DNA from: Squalus acanthias
Taxonomy: Eukaryota
Direction of reading: 5' to 3'
NCBI GenBank assembly: GCA_030390025.1
Contig: CM059432.1
Coordinates: 144,958,001 to 145,022,000, forward strand
DNA length: 64,000 nucleotides
Shown piece after piece: positions 25,256 through 38,050 of the stretch; the stretch's first letter is position 1, and each line of letters starts with the position of its first letter. Both the position numbers and the translations under genes were made by a program. The notes beneath the pieces were generated by a model. It had not been told where the DNA came from and searched no databases. It saw nothing but the letters and a program-made list of their open reading frames with translations.

Positions 25256-26579
25256 CCCTACCCCTACCCTTCATTACTCTTCAACCTTCCTACTCTCCTG
25301 CTGCCATCCCAGGCTTGACTGGCTCTTGGATATGGCTACAGCTTCCCTCTGTGCCTCCTCCGACGGGCCCATCGAGGCACTTGTCATGGCCTCCTCACGA
25401 GCGGCAACCCCAACTCCCCATCCTACTCTCTCACCGACCTTCCTGTCCAGCATGCCCACTGAGGGCTAATCTTGACAATCACCTCCCCATCCAACTCACC
25501 CCTCCCAGTGCGGACCCGGAGGACGCTGGCAGTGGATCAGCAATCACCGACCCCCTCTGCATCTCCCTCCGGAATGTCCGTTCACTTGTGAACAAGGCCC
25601 TTGCCATCCATGAGCTTATCGTGGATGATTGCATCGACATCATGGCCTTGACAGAAACCTGGCTGACGGATGACGACACCTTACCCTTAAATGAAGCCTC
25701 CCCGCCTGGCTATACCTTCCACCACTTGCCCCGCCCAGACTGTCGTGGTGGCGGTGTGGCTCTCATCATCAAATCACACCTTGGTCTGTCCCCCTACTCC
25801 TCTGGCACCTTCTCCTCCTTTGACGATCTCACCTTATTCCACCCCTCTCACCTCTCATTTAAAATCCTCGTTCTCTACCGCCCACCCAAGTACGATAAAA
25901 ATTTTATCACCGAGAGATCTTCATTGCTTTCCTCCCTCAGCCTCTGCACCAAAAGACTTCTCATCCTCGGTGATTTCAACCTCCATCTCAATTCATCATG
26001 CTCTCTCTCCTCTGAGTTCACTAGCCTCCTATCCTCCCTCAATCTCTCCCTCCATGTAAACTCCCCAACCCATATTCACGGCCACCCCCTCGACCTTGCC
26101 ATCTCACGTGGCCTCGCTACTCCCATCGTGTCAATCAGATAAGGCCATCTCTGACCACTTCCTTGTGTCGCTCTCCACCCACATCCCCCTCCCGCTCTCC
26201 TCAACCCTACTTCCTTCTGTGTCTGCCCCTGGAAAAAAAAACTCTCTCCCAACTCACAACTGCACTTACGAAATCCCAACTGTCCAGCCTTTGGCCCTCC
26301 ATTCACCACGACATTTCTGCAGCTACCAGTCTGCTTAACCACACCCTCACCACCACCTTTGATGCCCTAATCCCTATTAAAACCATTATTCTCTCTCACC
26401 CTGGCCACTCCCCCTGGTACGGCCCTCATCTCCGCTCCCTTAATTCCAAGGGACGCAGACTTGAACGAATATGGCGGACAACTGGTTTAGCCATTCACCG
26501 CCAGATCTGCCTGGACCAAATAAAGCACTGTCGGGTCCTGCTCTCGTCTGCCTAAACTGCTCACTATTCCAGGATCATT

Positions 26580-28514
26580 GGATGTCAAGGGGCATTCAGG
26601 GTAGGTAGGATAAGGCAAAAAAGGGAAGCTTATGTCAGATACCGAGAGCTAAATACTGCAGAAAGTCTAGAGGAGTATAGAAAGTGCAGGGGTGAAATTA
26701 AAAAGGAAATTAGGAAAGCAAAGAGAGGGCATGAAAAAATATTGGCAAGTTAAAAATCAAGGAAAACTCAAAGATGTTTTATAAATATGAGCAAGAGGAT
26801 AACTAAAGAAAGAGTAGGGCCTATTAGAGACCAAAAAGACCTGTGTGTGGAGGTGGAAGACGTGGGTATGGTTCTTAATGAATACTTTGCGTCTGTCTTC
26901 ACAAAAGAGAGGGACGATGCAGACTTTGTAGTTAAGGAAGAGGAGTGTGAAATATTAGATGAGATAAACATAGTGAAAGAGGATACAGTAACAGATTTAG
27001 CATCTTTGAAAGTAGATAAATCGCCAGACCCGGATGAAGTGTATCCCAGGCTGTTAAGAGAAGCAAGGGAGGAAATAGCGAAGACTCTGACCATCATTTT
27101 CCAATCCTCTCTGGCTACAGGTGTGGGGCTGGAGGACTGCCAACGTTGTACCATTGTTTAAAAAGGGAGAAAGGGATAGACTGAGAAATTACAGGCCAGT
27201 CAGCCTAACCTCAGTGGTGGGCAAATTATTGGAAAAAATTCAGAGGGACAGTATTAATCGTCATTTAGAAAGACACGGATTAATCAAGGACAGTCAGCAT
27301 GGATTTGTTAAGGGAAGGTCATGTCTGACCAACTTGACTGAATTTTTTGAGGAGATAACAAGGAGGGTCGATGAGGGTAGCGCATTTGATGTAGTCTACA
27401 TGGAATTTAGTAACGCTTTTGACAAAGTCCCACATGGCAGACTGGTCAGAAAAGGAAAAGTCCATGGGAGCTAAGGGAAAGTGGCAAGTTAGATCCAAAC
27501 CTGGCTCCATGGCAGGAAGCAAAGGGTAATGGTCGACGGGTGTTTTTGTGACTGGAAGGCTGTTTCCAGTGGGGTTCCGCAGGGCTCAGTACTAGGTCCC
27601 TTGCTTTTTGTGGTATATATCAATGAGTTAGACTTCAATGTAGGAAGTATGATTAAGAAGTTTGCAGATGATAAAAAAAAAAAATTGGCTGTGTGGTTGA
27701 TAGTGTGGAAGAAAGCTGTAGACTGCAGGAAGATATCAATGGACTGGTCAGGTGAGCAGAAAAGTGGCAAATGGATTTCAATCCGGAGAAGTGTGAAGTA
27801 ATGCATTTGGGGAGTGCCAACAAGGCAAGGGAATACACAATAAATGGTAGGATACTGAGAAGTGTAGAGGAACAGAGGGACCTTGGAGTGCATGTCCACA
27901 GATCCCTGAAGGACAGGTAGATTAGGTGGTTAAGAAGACATAAGGGATGCTTTCCTTTATTAGCCGAGGCACAGAATATAAGAGCAGGGAGTTTATGTAT
28001 TAAGCACTAGTTAGGCCACAGCTAGGGTACTGAATACAGTTCTGGTCACCACATTACAGGAAAGATGTGATTACACTACAGAGGATACAGAGGAGATTTA
28101 CGAGGATGTTGCCAGGACTGGAGAATTTTAGCAATGAGGAAAGATTGGATAGGCTGGGGTTCTTTTCTTTGGAACAGAGGAGGCTGACGGGAGACTTCAT
28201 TGAAGTGTATAAAATTACGAGAGGCATAGATAGAGTGGATAGGAAGGACTTATTTCCCTTAGCAGAGGTGTCAATAACCAGGGGGCATAGATTTAAATGG
28301 TGGGGATCTGGAACTCACTGCCTGAAAGGGTGGTAGAGGCAGAAGCCTAATCACATTTAAAAAGTACTTGGATGTGCACTCGAAGTGCTACAACCTACAA
28401 GGCTACGGTCCACGAGCTGGAAAGTGGGATTGGGCTGTATTGCTCTTTTTCGGCCGGCACAGACACGATGGGCTGAATGGCCTCCTTCTGTGCCATAAAT
28501 TTCTATGATTCTAT
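26580..28514 (+). mobile_element. CR1 LINE, 5'-truncated, with GATCATT TSD
   Basis: RT motifs; (ATTCTATG)n tail; GATCATT at 26573-26579 and 28515-28521. Confidence 0.9.
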
Positions 28515-29311
28515 GATCATTCTGGAATGCCAAGATAACCTCCGGCTTCTTTTCTCTACTGCAAACCGTCTTCTTAAACCCCTCTTTCCCCGTCGTCTCC
28601 ACCCTCACCTCCAACAAGTGCGAGGAGCTCATGGACTTTTGTCTCTAAGATTGAGACCATCCGATTAGCTGCTTTTGCCACTTCCCTTCCTTCCCCCAGC
28701 CCACTGGGCCAAACTTCTTCCAAGGTTCTCCCCTGCCCTAGCCCTGAATTTGCATCTTTCTCCAGTTTCTCTCCGCTCTCTCCTCATGCCTTCTCCGAGC
28801 TCATCTTTTCCATGAGACCCACTTTCTGCTCCCTCGACCCTATTCCCACTAAACTGCTGACCACCCAATTTCCTTTTCTGGCTCCCATGTTAGCTAATAT
28901 TGTTAACGGTTCTCTCTCAAGTACTGTCCCCATCATCACCCCTCTCCATCCTTGCAAATTACCGCCCCATCTCCAACCTCCCTTTCCTCTCCAAAGTCCT
29001 TGAACGTATTGCTGCCTCCCAAATCCGTGCCCATCTTTCCCAGAACTCCATGCTTGAATCCCTCCAATCGCGTTTCCGCCCCTGCCACAGTACCGAAACG
29101 GCTCTTATCAAAGACACAAATGACACCTATGTGACTGTGACAAATGTAAACTATCCCTCCTCGTCCTTCTTGACCTGTCTGCAGCCTTTGACACGGTTGA
29201 CCACTCCATCCCCCTCCACCATCGTCCAGCTGGGTGGGACTGCACTCGCCTGGTTCCATTCTTATCTATCTAATCGTAACCAGAGAATCACCTGCAATGG
29301 TTTCTCTTTAA

Positions 29312-29746
29312 TGTCAGCTGTGGCTCAGCTGGTAGCACCCTTGCCTCTGTGTCAGTTGTGGGTTCAACCAGACGCTTGAGCACAAAAATCTAGGCTGATG
29401 CTCCTGAGGGAGTGCTGCACTGTCGGAGGTGCTGTCTTTCGGATGAGACATTAAACCGAGGATCCGTCTGCTCTCTCAGGCGAACGTAAAAGATCCCATG
29501 GCACTATTTCGAAGAAGAGCAGGGGAGTTATCCCCGGTGTCCTGGCCAATATTTATCCCTCAATCAACATCTAAAACAGATTATCTGGTCATTATCACAT
29601 TGCTTTTTGTGGGAGCTTGCTGTGCACAAATTGGCTGCCGCATTTCCTACAATACAAAAGTGATTACACTTCAAAAAGTACTTAATTGGCTGTAAAGCGC
29701 TTTGGGACATCCGGTGGTCGTGAAAGGTGCTATATAAATGCAAGTC
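29312..29746 (+). mobile_element. Full-length Deu-domain SINE (SacSINE1-like)
   Basis: TGGCTCAGCTGG A-box, GGTTCAA B-box, core GAGGGAGTGCTGCACTGTCGGAGGTGCTGTCTTTCGGATGAGAC, tail TGTAAAGCGCTTTGGGAC..TATATAAATGCAAGT. Confidence 0.8.
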
Positions 29747-31789
29747 TTTTTTTCTTTTTTCTTCCTGCTCCCGCATCGTTACCTTTGGTGTCCCCCAAGG
29801 ATCTATGCCTGGACCCCTTCCTATTTCTCACCTACATGCTGCCCCTCAGCGACATCATCTGAAAACACAGCGTCAGTTTCCACATGTACGCTCTACCTCA
29901 CCACCATTTCTCTCAACCTCTCCACGGTCTCTAAATTGTCAGACTGCTTGTCCGACATCCAGTACTGGATAAGCAGAAATTTCCTCCAACTAAATATTGG
30001 GAAGACCGAAGCCATTGTCTTCGGGCCCTGCCACAAACTCAGTTCCCTAGCCACCGACTCCATCCCACTCCCTAGCATCTGTCTGAGGCTGAACCAGACT
30101 GCTTGCAACCTTGGTGTCATATTTGACCCTGAAATGAGCTTCTGACCACATATCCGTGCCATAACTAAGACCACCTCTGTAACATCGCCCAACTCCACCT
30201 ACTGCCTCAGCTCATCCACTGCTGAAACCCTCATCCATGCCTTTGTTACCTCTAGACTTGACCATTCCAACGCACTCCTGGCTGGCCTCCCACATTCTAC
30301 CCTACTCGAGGTCATCCAAAACTCTGCTGCCCGTGTCCTAACTCGCACCAAGTCCCGTTCACCCATCACCCCTATGCTCGCTGACCTACATTGGCTCCCA
30401 GTTAAGCAATGCCTCGATTTCAAAATTCTCCTCCTCGTTTTCAAATCCCTCCCAGATATCTTGGAGGGTCGTAGGGCTGGAAAATATTACAGAGATAGGG
30501 AGTGGCGAGGCCATGGAGGGATTTGAAAACAAGGATGAGAATTTTAAAATCAAGGCATTGCTTAACCTGTTAAATCTGTTTTTAAATGGTGGCAGACTTC
30601 AGTTCACTGCCGACCTTTCCACATCAGCAGATACCAGACTAACGCAGAGCTAATGGGCAAAGAGAATGTGGTCAGAAGTTCATCTCTGGGTCAAATATGA
30701 CACCAAGGTTGTGAACAGTCTGGTTCAGCCTCTAGGGAACGGTGTTTGTGGCGGGGACTGAAAATAATGGCTTCGGTCTTCCCAATATTTAGTTGGAGGA
30801 AATTTCTGCCCATCCAGTAGTTCAAAAAAAAAAGCACTGCATTGGTTGTAAAGCGCTTTGGGATATCCTGAGTTTGTGAAAGGCGCTGTATAAATGCAAG
30901 TTCTTTCTTTACTGTTGACCCATTAGGCAACTCGGCACAGAATGTCAATCTAACCTAACTCCTTCCTGATCCAGCTAATCATTGAGCCATTGGGGGAGGG
31001 GCACAGAGCGTCTAACCTCGTTATATCGCACTCGGTTTACTCTTCCCTGTATCTGACCTAGGACTGCTTGATGCCGAGACTGGGTATCGACACAGTTAAT
31101 GATCCACTCTCGAACCTTAGCTTCCCTCCTTGATAAACACACTAAATTCACAGAAAAAAACTAACGGAAAGAGAACAAATGTAGACTAGGAATATCAATC
31201 ACTCCCACTGGAATGTTCTTCCTCTTTTTTTTTTCCAGCTGAGAGGATAGTTTGTTTTGGCAGGATGAATATTACATTCACCACTCTCTGACCGATACCC
31301 TGCCACGTATTATCTTTGGAAAGACTGGAATAACATTTGACAATATTAACTGAGCTTCAGTGAGCGCACAGACCGGAAAAAACGTCATTTCTTCCTCCTC
31401 CTCCTCCAAGGCAGCCCATTTCTTCCACTGTTTTTACACCCAGCAGATCGCGCTCTGGGTTGTTTCTGTAGCGACGACACTTTTTATGTGGACAAGTCAT
31501 TACCCTGAATCACAACCCCCCTCCCAGCAGAAGCGGCTAGATCGAATGGGGGCCATTCCATTCCACTCCCATCGGATGTCAGCCCAGTAGTCAGAGAGTA
31601 GAACTCGAGTCACACAGACTATCCGGAGTGGGACTCGAACCCATAACCTTCCGGCACAGAAGCGAGAGTGGTACCACTGAGCCAAGGCTCGCTCCCCATA
31701 AACATCGCACCAAACCCTCAGTGTCTGTTAACCAAAAGCCGTTTACACCATTTCGCCAGGATTTCCACTGATCGTCTGTGAAAGTTCAA

Positions 31790-32030
31790 CCTCCCTCACC
31801 CCATGCCCCTCCCTCACCCCATCCCTCCCCCACCCTATGCCCCCTCCCTCACACACACACCCCACGACCCCGTACATCCCCTCCCGCATACCCACCACCT
31901 ACACACCGCCACATCCCTCCCCCCCACACACACGCCCCCCTCACGGCCACACCCACACACTCCACCTCCCCAACACCCCTTCTTGCACACACTCCCCAAC
32001 ACGCCCCACACCCACACCTCCCCATTCCCC
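31790..32030. repeat. C/A-rich low-complexity tract
   Basis: Degenerate CCCCACAC repeats next to the FKBP9 exon 9 donor. Confidence 0.8.
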
Positions 32031-32075
32031 ACGAGTCTATGGTGTTTCTCCATTAAAAACAATTATTAACCTTAC

Positions 32076-32239
32076 CTCCTCCGGACTGACTTCCTTGTTT
32101 TCGTCGTTGTCCATCTGTTGAAAGAGATCTGGTGATACGTCTCCATTCCAAACGAACATATAACCCTCTGGGAGACCTGTGACCAGTTCTATCAGCTCAA
32201 CGTCAAAAACAAGCACAGCGCTGCCCGGTACCTCCCCTG
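32076..32239 (-). CDS. FKBP9: FKBP9 exon 9
   Basis: AG/GT bounded, 164 nt: GEVPGSAVLVFDVELIELVTGLPEGYMFVWNGDVSPDLFQQMDNDENKEVSPEE. Confidence 0.95.
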
Positions 32240-32589
32240 CTGTAAGATAGAGTCACGGTGTTTACACCAGCAACATTCTCCTCACTTCATTCTCCAAAGT
32301 GTCATTTATGTCCCAACAGTTCTTCATGGCGATCAGAGAACAGCTCACCTCAACCTGTATGTCCGATAGGGATTCACAGGAATGCACAAGACAGAGATAC
32401 AGATTGTTCCGAGGACCTTTTGCTATTACAGGGAGGGGTCCTAATGTAGTGATGGTGGGGAGGGGAAAATATTAGACTTGTTAGTAAACTCTAATTTTAG
32501 GTGTGGCCACACTATCTGAGAACGCTAGCATTGTACATCAATACAACTTATAATACTACAAATCATAACTCAGTTTTATTATCCAGCCT

Positions 32590-32780
32590 GTTAGGGTGGA
32601 TACAGATTCAATAGCAGCCTTCAAAAGGGAACTGGATAAATACTTGAAGGAGAAACAATTGCAGGGAGATGGGGAGAGAGCGGGGGAGTGGGACTAACTG
32701 GATTACTCTTCAAAAGAGCCGGCACAGACTCGCTGGGCCGAATGGCCTCCTTCTGTGCTGTACTATTCTATGATTCTATG
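32590..32780 (+). mobile_element. CR1 3' tail
   Basis: FKRELDKYLK..GERAGEWD*, (ATTCTATG)n. Confidence 0.8.
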
Positions 32781-33022
32781 GTAAATGGCCATCACAGTTG
32801 CTATCCCGATTTTTAGACTTTGTGACCGGCACTGTGAGTGACTAGTCAACACTGGAACTTTGACAGCAGAGGCCACGAATAAATTCAGTTACAGCTCTGA
32901 GTTTTCGTTGAGGTCAATCATGCTTCTAACCAATTATCAAGCTATAAACAACCAAAATCCATGGCCTGTGTTCTTATATTTAAGGTTTCTAACCTCAAGA
33001 ATATCAGTAGTTTCTTACGTAC

Positions 33023-33168
33023 CAACTCCCCTCTCTCCATAACCCAAGTGAGGTGGGATAACGATGGTCCGTTTCTCTTCAACGCACATATCTGTGAGGC
33101 CTATGTCCATCCCCATGACGACTTGACCAGATCCCAGGACGATGTTGTACGTTTTTCCATAGTTGTGA
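33023..33168 (-). CDS. FKBP9: FKBP9 exon 8
   Basis: 146 nt: [48 protein letters not shown]. Confidence 0.95.
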
Positions 33169-33899
33169 CTGAAAAGAAAATGCAATTTTCCAGCCTGGTT
33201 TATATAAACGGTAACTTTGACCTTCTGTCAGTGGTTAATATCTGACGATTAATGGCAGCTAAACAGATTAATACACGGTCCCAAAGCTGAATCGGGTCAG
33301 ACAGCAGCTTGGGTTGCTACCTGCCAACACCTTCACTACACCTGTGCCCGTGCAGCGCACACCGCCCTCCAGCCAAGATGTGATGTACAACCTGCTCCCA
33401 GATACTGCCAGTGGTCAGCTCACTTACGCTCCCTTCTAATATGTGAAGGGGGAGGGGAGGGAGAGAGAGAGGAGAGGAGAGGAGGAAATGTTTCATCTCC
33501 ATTCAGTGCCTCTGCCCAAGAGATTGGGAAGTCACCGTGTTAGAAATTCCAGGACTAGTGTCCCAGCACAGGGTTAAAGAAAACCTGAAGGCAGAAGGGA
33601 GAGTACTTGCCAGCTCACGGATCTGGATTCTCCGAGAACATCTGTTTTTTAAATGGCGGCAGACTTCAGTTCACTGCCGACCTTTCCACATCAGCAGATA
33701 CCAGACTAACGCAGAGCTAATGGGCAAGGAGAATGTGTTGGAACAGAAAGCTACCTGTGAGTCTTTTACTCTTGATATTTGAAGCCTGATTCACAGTCAC
33801 AGCGAGTGTGCACTTGCCTCAGACATGCAGTGGATCAGTGGAGAATCTGAATAATGCAGAGCCAGTCTCCCTGAAACAACAGCTGCATCAAGAATTACA

Positions 33900-35190
33900 A
33901 CAGGGAAACAGGCCTAATCCCATATCCCCGCCCTGTTCCCATATCCCTTTATTCCCCTTGTCCCTCAACCACCTATCGAACCTGTTCTTAGTCTCTGCTT
34001 CAATCATTAACTCCAGTCGTGATTCCACAGCCTCACAACCCTCTGTGCAAAAACAGTTTCTCCTGCTCACTGCCCTAAATCTCTTCCATTTAATCTGATA
34101 TCTATTTCCTCTCGTTCCCCTCAATCACTAGAAACAATCTCTTCCTATCTACCCTGTCCCAACCTTTCATCATTTAAACACCTCTATCAAATCAGCCCAC
34201 AATCGCCTCTATTGTAATGAGAACAGACCCAATTTATGTCTTTTGTCATATCTGTATTTCCTCACAGTAGGTAGCAACCTAGTGAGTCTGTGCTGTACCC
34301 TATCCATCACCTCAACATCTTCCCTATAGTGTGGAGCCCAAAGTGCTCTAACTGTGGACTTACTGAGGTTTTATATAGATTCACCATTACATCTCCACTT
34401 TTATATTCTATGCATCTTGCAGGCGGGTACACGGGATTAGGACACTGCTCCTGTGGAGAATAAACACCAGCACGGGCCGATCGGCCTGTTTCCCTGTTGT
34501 AATTCTTGATGCAGCTGTTGTTTCAGGGAGACTGGCTCCGCATTATTCAGATTCTCCGCTAATCCACTGCACGTCCGAGGCAAGTGCACACTCGCTGTGA
34601 CTCAGGCTTCAAAATAACAAGAGCGAAAGCCTCACTGGCAGCTTTCCGTTCCAACACATTCTCCTTGCCCATTAGCTCCGAGTTACTAATTAGCTATTTT
34701 TATGGCCTTATCCACTTGAGATGCTGCTTTTGAAGTCTTGTGAATCTGAACCCCCAAATCCCTATGCTCTTCCGCAGCACCCAGCTTTTTCCCAGCAGCA
34801 CCCAGCAAATTCCCCCCCCCCACAGCAGCGCCCAACTCTCTCCCCCCGCCCCCAGCTTTCCCTCCCCAGTAGCACCCAGCTCTCCACTCCACCACCCCCC
34901 CCCCCGCCGCCAAAGCAGCACCCAGATTTTCCCCATTCAAAGCATAATTGTTACTTCTTATAACCAAAATTTACCACCTCACAGTTCCTGACACTGAATT
35001 CCACCGTCTCATCGGGTAACCCCTCAGCGCTTTCCCTGGTCTACAAATTGTGACCCGGCTCCCTCTGGCCTTATATCCAAATCATTGACGTACACAGTGA
35101 ACAGAAGTGGTCCCAGAACAGAACGCTGTTGGACACCGCTACCCACTGCCAGCCCCTCTGAGAAACTGCCCTTCACTCCTCCTCTGCATC
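33900..35190 (-). mobile_element. Old CR1-like fragment interrupted by an inverted duplication (34420-34688)
   Basis: EHRDLGVQIHK..SQVDKAIKIAN, continuing below 34420 to RFDRWLRDKGNKGIWEQG. Confidence 0.65.
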
Positions 35191-35389
35191 TCACTGCTTT
35201 CAGGCCCTGCTGCTGAGCAGAAACTGGCTCAGTTAAAAGTCACGCTGCTACATTTGGCAATATTTTAATAAATGGATTAATTCAAAATCAAATAATTTTT
35301 CATGCTTGGACCTCATCACCAATCTATACATTAAAAATCTGCACAAACTTCCAGTCAACTTTTCCATTATAAATTCCTATGTCCTCTTT

Positions 35390-36140
35390 TTTTTTAATAT
35401 TCGTTTATGGGATGTGGGCGTCGCTGGCAAGGCCAGCATTTATTGCCCTTCCCTAATTGCCCCTGAAAAGGTGGTGATGAGCTGCCTTCTTGAACCGCTG
35501 CAGTCCGTGTGGTGAAGGAACTCCAACAGTGCTGTTAGGGAGGCAGTTCCAGGATTTTGACCCAGCGACGATGAAGGAACGGCGATATACTTCTAAGTCA
35601 GGATGGTGTGTGACTTGGAGGGGAACTTGGAGGTGGTGGTGTTCCCATGTGCCTGCTGCCTTTGTCCTTCTAGGTGGAAGAGGTCGCGGGTTTGGGAGGT
35701 GCTGCCGAAGAAGCCTTGGCGAGTTGCTGCAGTGCATCTTGTAGATGGTACACACTGCAGCCACGGTACGCCGGTGGTGGAAGGAGTGAATGTTTAAGGT
35801 GGTGATGGGGTGCCAATCAAGCGGGCTGCTTTGTCCTGAATGGTGTTGAGCTTCTTGAGTGTTGTTGGAGCTGCACTCATCCAGGCAAGTGGAGGGTATT
35901 CCATCACACTCCTTACTTGTGCCTTGTAGATGGTGGAAAGGCTTTGGGGAGTCAGGAGGTGAGACACTTGCCGCAAAATACCCAGCCTCTGACCTGCTCT
36001 TGTTGCCACAGTATTTATGTGGCTGGTCCAGTTAAGTTTCTGGTCAATGGTGACCCCCAGGATGTTGATGGTGGGGGATTCGGCGATGGTAATGCCGTTG
36101 AATATCAAGGGGCGGTGGTTAGACTCTCGCTTGTTGGAGT
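35390..36140 (-). mobile_element. CR1/Zenon-like LINE 3' fragment
   Basis: ILGVTIDQKLNWTSHI, YKAQVRSVMEY; same 3' end as 13000. Confidence 0.9.
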
Positions 36141-36979
36141 CTTTTATAATGGGAACTGCCTATGTCAACATGTCACGCTGTAGTTACACCCTCCTGCCAG
36201 TAGAAGTGCTGTAGAGTCTCAGTTTTGCATCTCCCAGTTCCAGCCTGGACTGCAGAGAAACTACTGGGCTCCAAACAACTCTGCTTGCCTGCTTCACAAA
36301 TTACCTTATGTTTTGCTATTTAATTATGAAAATTAATTAAAATAGACAAAAATAAGGACAGAATGCGAGATTTAAAATGGGGGCTGAATTACATCTGCAA
36401 GCCTTGGTCTAATTACTCCCTGCCCACTAACCCCACTTCACTTGAAGACTAGTTTATGATAAGTTTAGAGAGAAGTCAAACCCAACACTACACTCCCAGC
36501 AGGAACGGCTCCTCGCTAACAACACCAGGAAAAAAAAGTTTCAATTAAGACATGCATGGGTGTTTAATATCTTTTCTGTGAATTAAAATAGTAAAGTCCG
36601 AATGTGGCCGATAAATGGCCTTCAATTCCATGTCATCATTTCCCCATCTGTATCTTATTTACAACAGTCGGTGACTGGCCACTCAGCCCCGGGGCTTTAG
36701 CCGTCTCGAGCTGCTAAGTGAAAACAGAAGACATTCATTCCATACCGTCCTGAACACAGGATTATCTGGCTGTAAAATAAACCTGAAGGGGCTGGGGGTG
36801 GGGGGGGGGGGGGGGGGGGGGGGCGGTGTTGGAAAAGAGGCAGTTAAAATTTAAACCGCTGCCTATAAACAGGGTTTGGAGAAAAAATGGAGCCAATATT
36901 GATTACCCAGTGATCCCTCGGACACAGGTCCTGGGTCCTCCCTCAGTCCCAGAGAGTAACCGTTGGGTCCTGGTGTAGT

Positions 36980-37400
36980 TTTTTTTTTTAAATTCATTCC
37001 TGGGATGTGGGCGTCGCTGGCAAGGCCAGCATTTATTGCCCATCCCTAGTTGCCCGAGAAGGTGGTGGTGAGCCGCCTTCTTGAACTGCTGCAGTCCGAG
37101 TGGTGAAGGTGCTCCCACAGTGCTGTTAGGGAGAGAGTTCCAGGATTTTGACCCAGCGACGATGACGGGACGGCCGATATATTTCCAAGTCAGGATTCTG
37201 TGTGACTTGGAGGGGAACTTGCAGGTGCTGCTGTTCCCATTCGCCTGCTGCCGTTGTCCTTCTAGAGGAGGTCACGGGTTTGGGAGGTGCTGTCGAAGAA
37301 GCCTTGGCAAGTTGCTGCAGCGCATCTTGTAGATGGTACACACTGCAGCCACGGTACGCCAGTGGTGGAGGGAGTGAATGTTTAAGGTGGTGGTGGATGG
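36980..37400 (-). mobile_element. CR1/Zenon-like LINE 3' fragment
   Basis: Same 3' end and A-tail. Confidence 0.85.
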
Positions 37401-37579
37401 GGTAAGGGGCTTGCTTGCACCGTGTTGGTAATCTACTTTCTAAATTGCATTGGGGGCAGCGTGATCGACATCTAGGAAAGGAAAGGACATCGATCCCCAC
37501 GCAACAGGAGACTCACTGAACGTACAGGTTGTACACGCCACCTGACTGGGTGCTTGTGGCCAGGAGTTCTGACGAGAAA

Positions 37580-38050
37580 AGAAAAGGAGAAGGAACTTGC
37601 ATTTATAGAGCGCCTTTCACAACCTCGGGACATCCCAAAATGTTTCACACACAATCAATTACTTTTGAAGTGTAGTCACTGTTGTAATGTAGGAAACACA
37701 GCAGCCAATTTGTGCACAGCAAGATCCCACAAACAGCAATGTGATAATGACCAGGTCGTCTGTTTTAGGTATTGGTCGAGGGATAAATATTGGCCAGGAT
37801 CCCGGGAGAACTCCCCAGCTCTTCTTCAAAGCAGTGCCCTGGGATCTTCTATGTTCACCTGAGGGGGCAGACGGGACCTCAGTTTAATGTCTCATCCGAA
37901 AGATGGCACCTCTGACAGTGCAGCACTCCCTCAGTACTGCACTGGAGTGTCATCCTGGATTATATGCTAATATCTCTGGAGTGGGGCTCGAACCCACAAC
38001 CTACTGACTCAGAGGTGAGAGAGTGCTACCCACTGAGCCACGGCTGACAC
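37580..38050 (-). mobile_element. Deu-domain SINE
   Basis: Reverse complement of the 29312 family, full length. Confidence 0.8.

Larger units (their letters stand above)
25260..30450 (+). mobile_element. L2 LINE ORF2 (APE-RT) split by a CR1 (26580-28514) and a SINE (29312-29746)
   Basis: NVRSLVNK, ALTETWL, RGGGVAL, YRPPK, GDFN, ISDH, NYRPISNLPFLSKVLE, GVPQGS, NFLQLNIGKTEAI. Confidence 0.9.

Noticed and set aside
24121..25469. Long repetitive ORFs (356 aa, 323 aa) or a CRISPR-like array
   Set aside because: Products of a 33-bp tandem repeat; no unique spacers, no cas genes, vertebrate intron
31580..31690. tRNA gene on the minus strand
   Set aside because: A/B boxes are present but the sequence matches the SINE head family; no convincing cloverleaf
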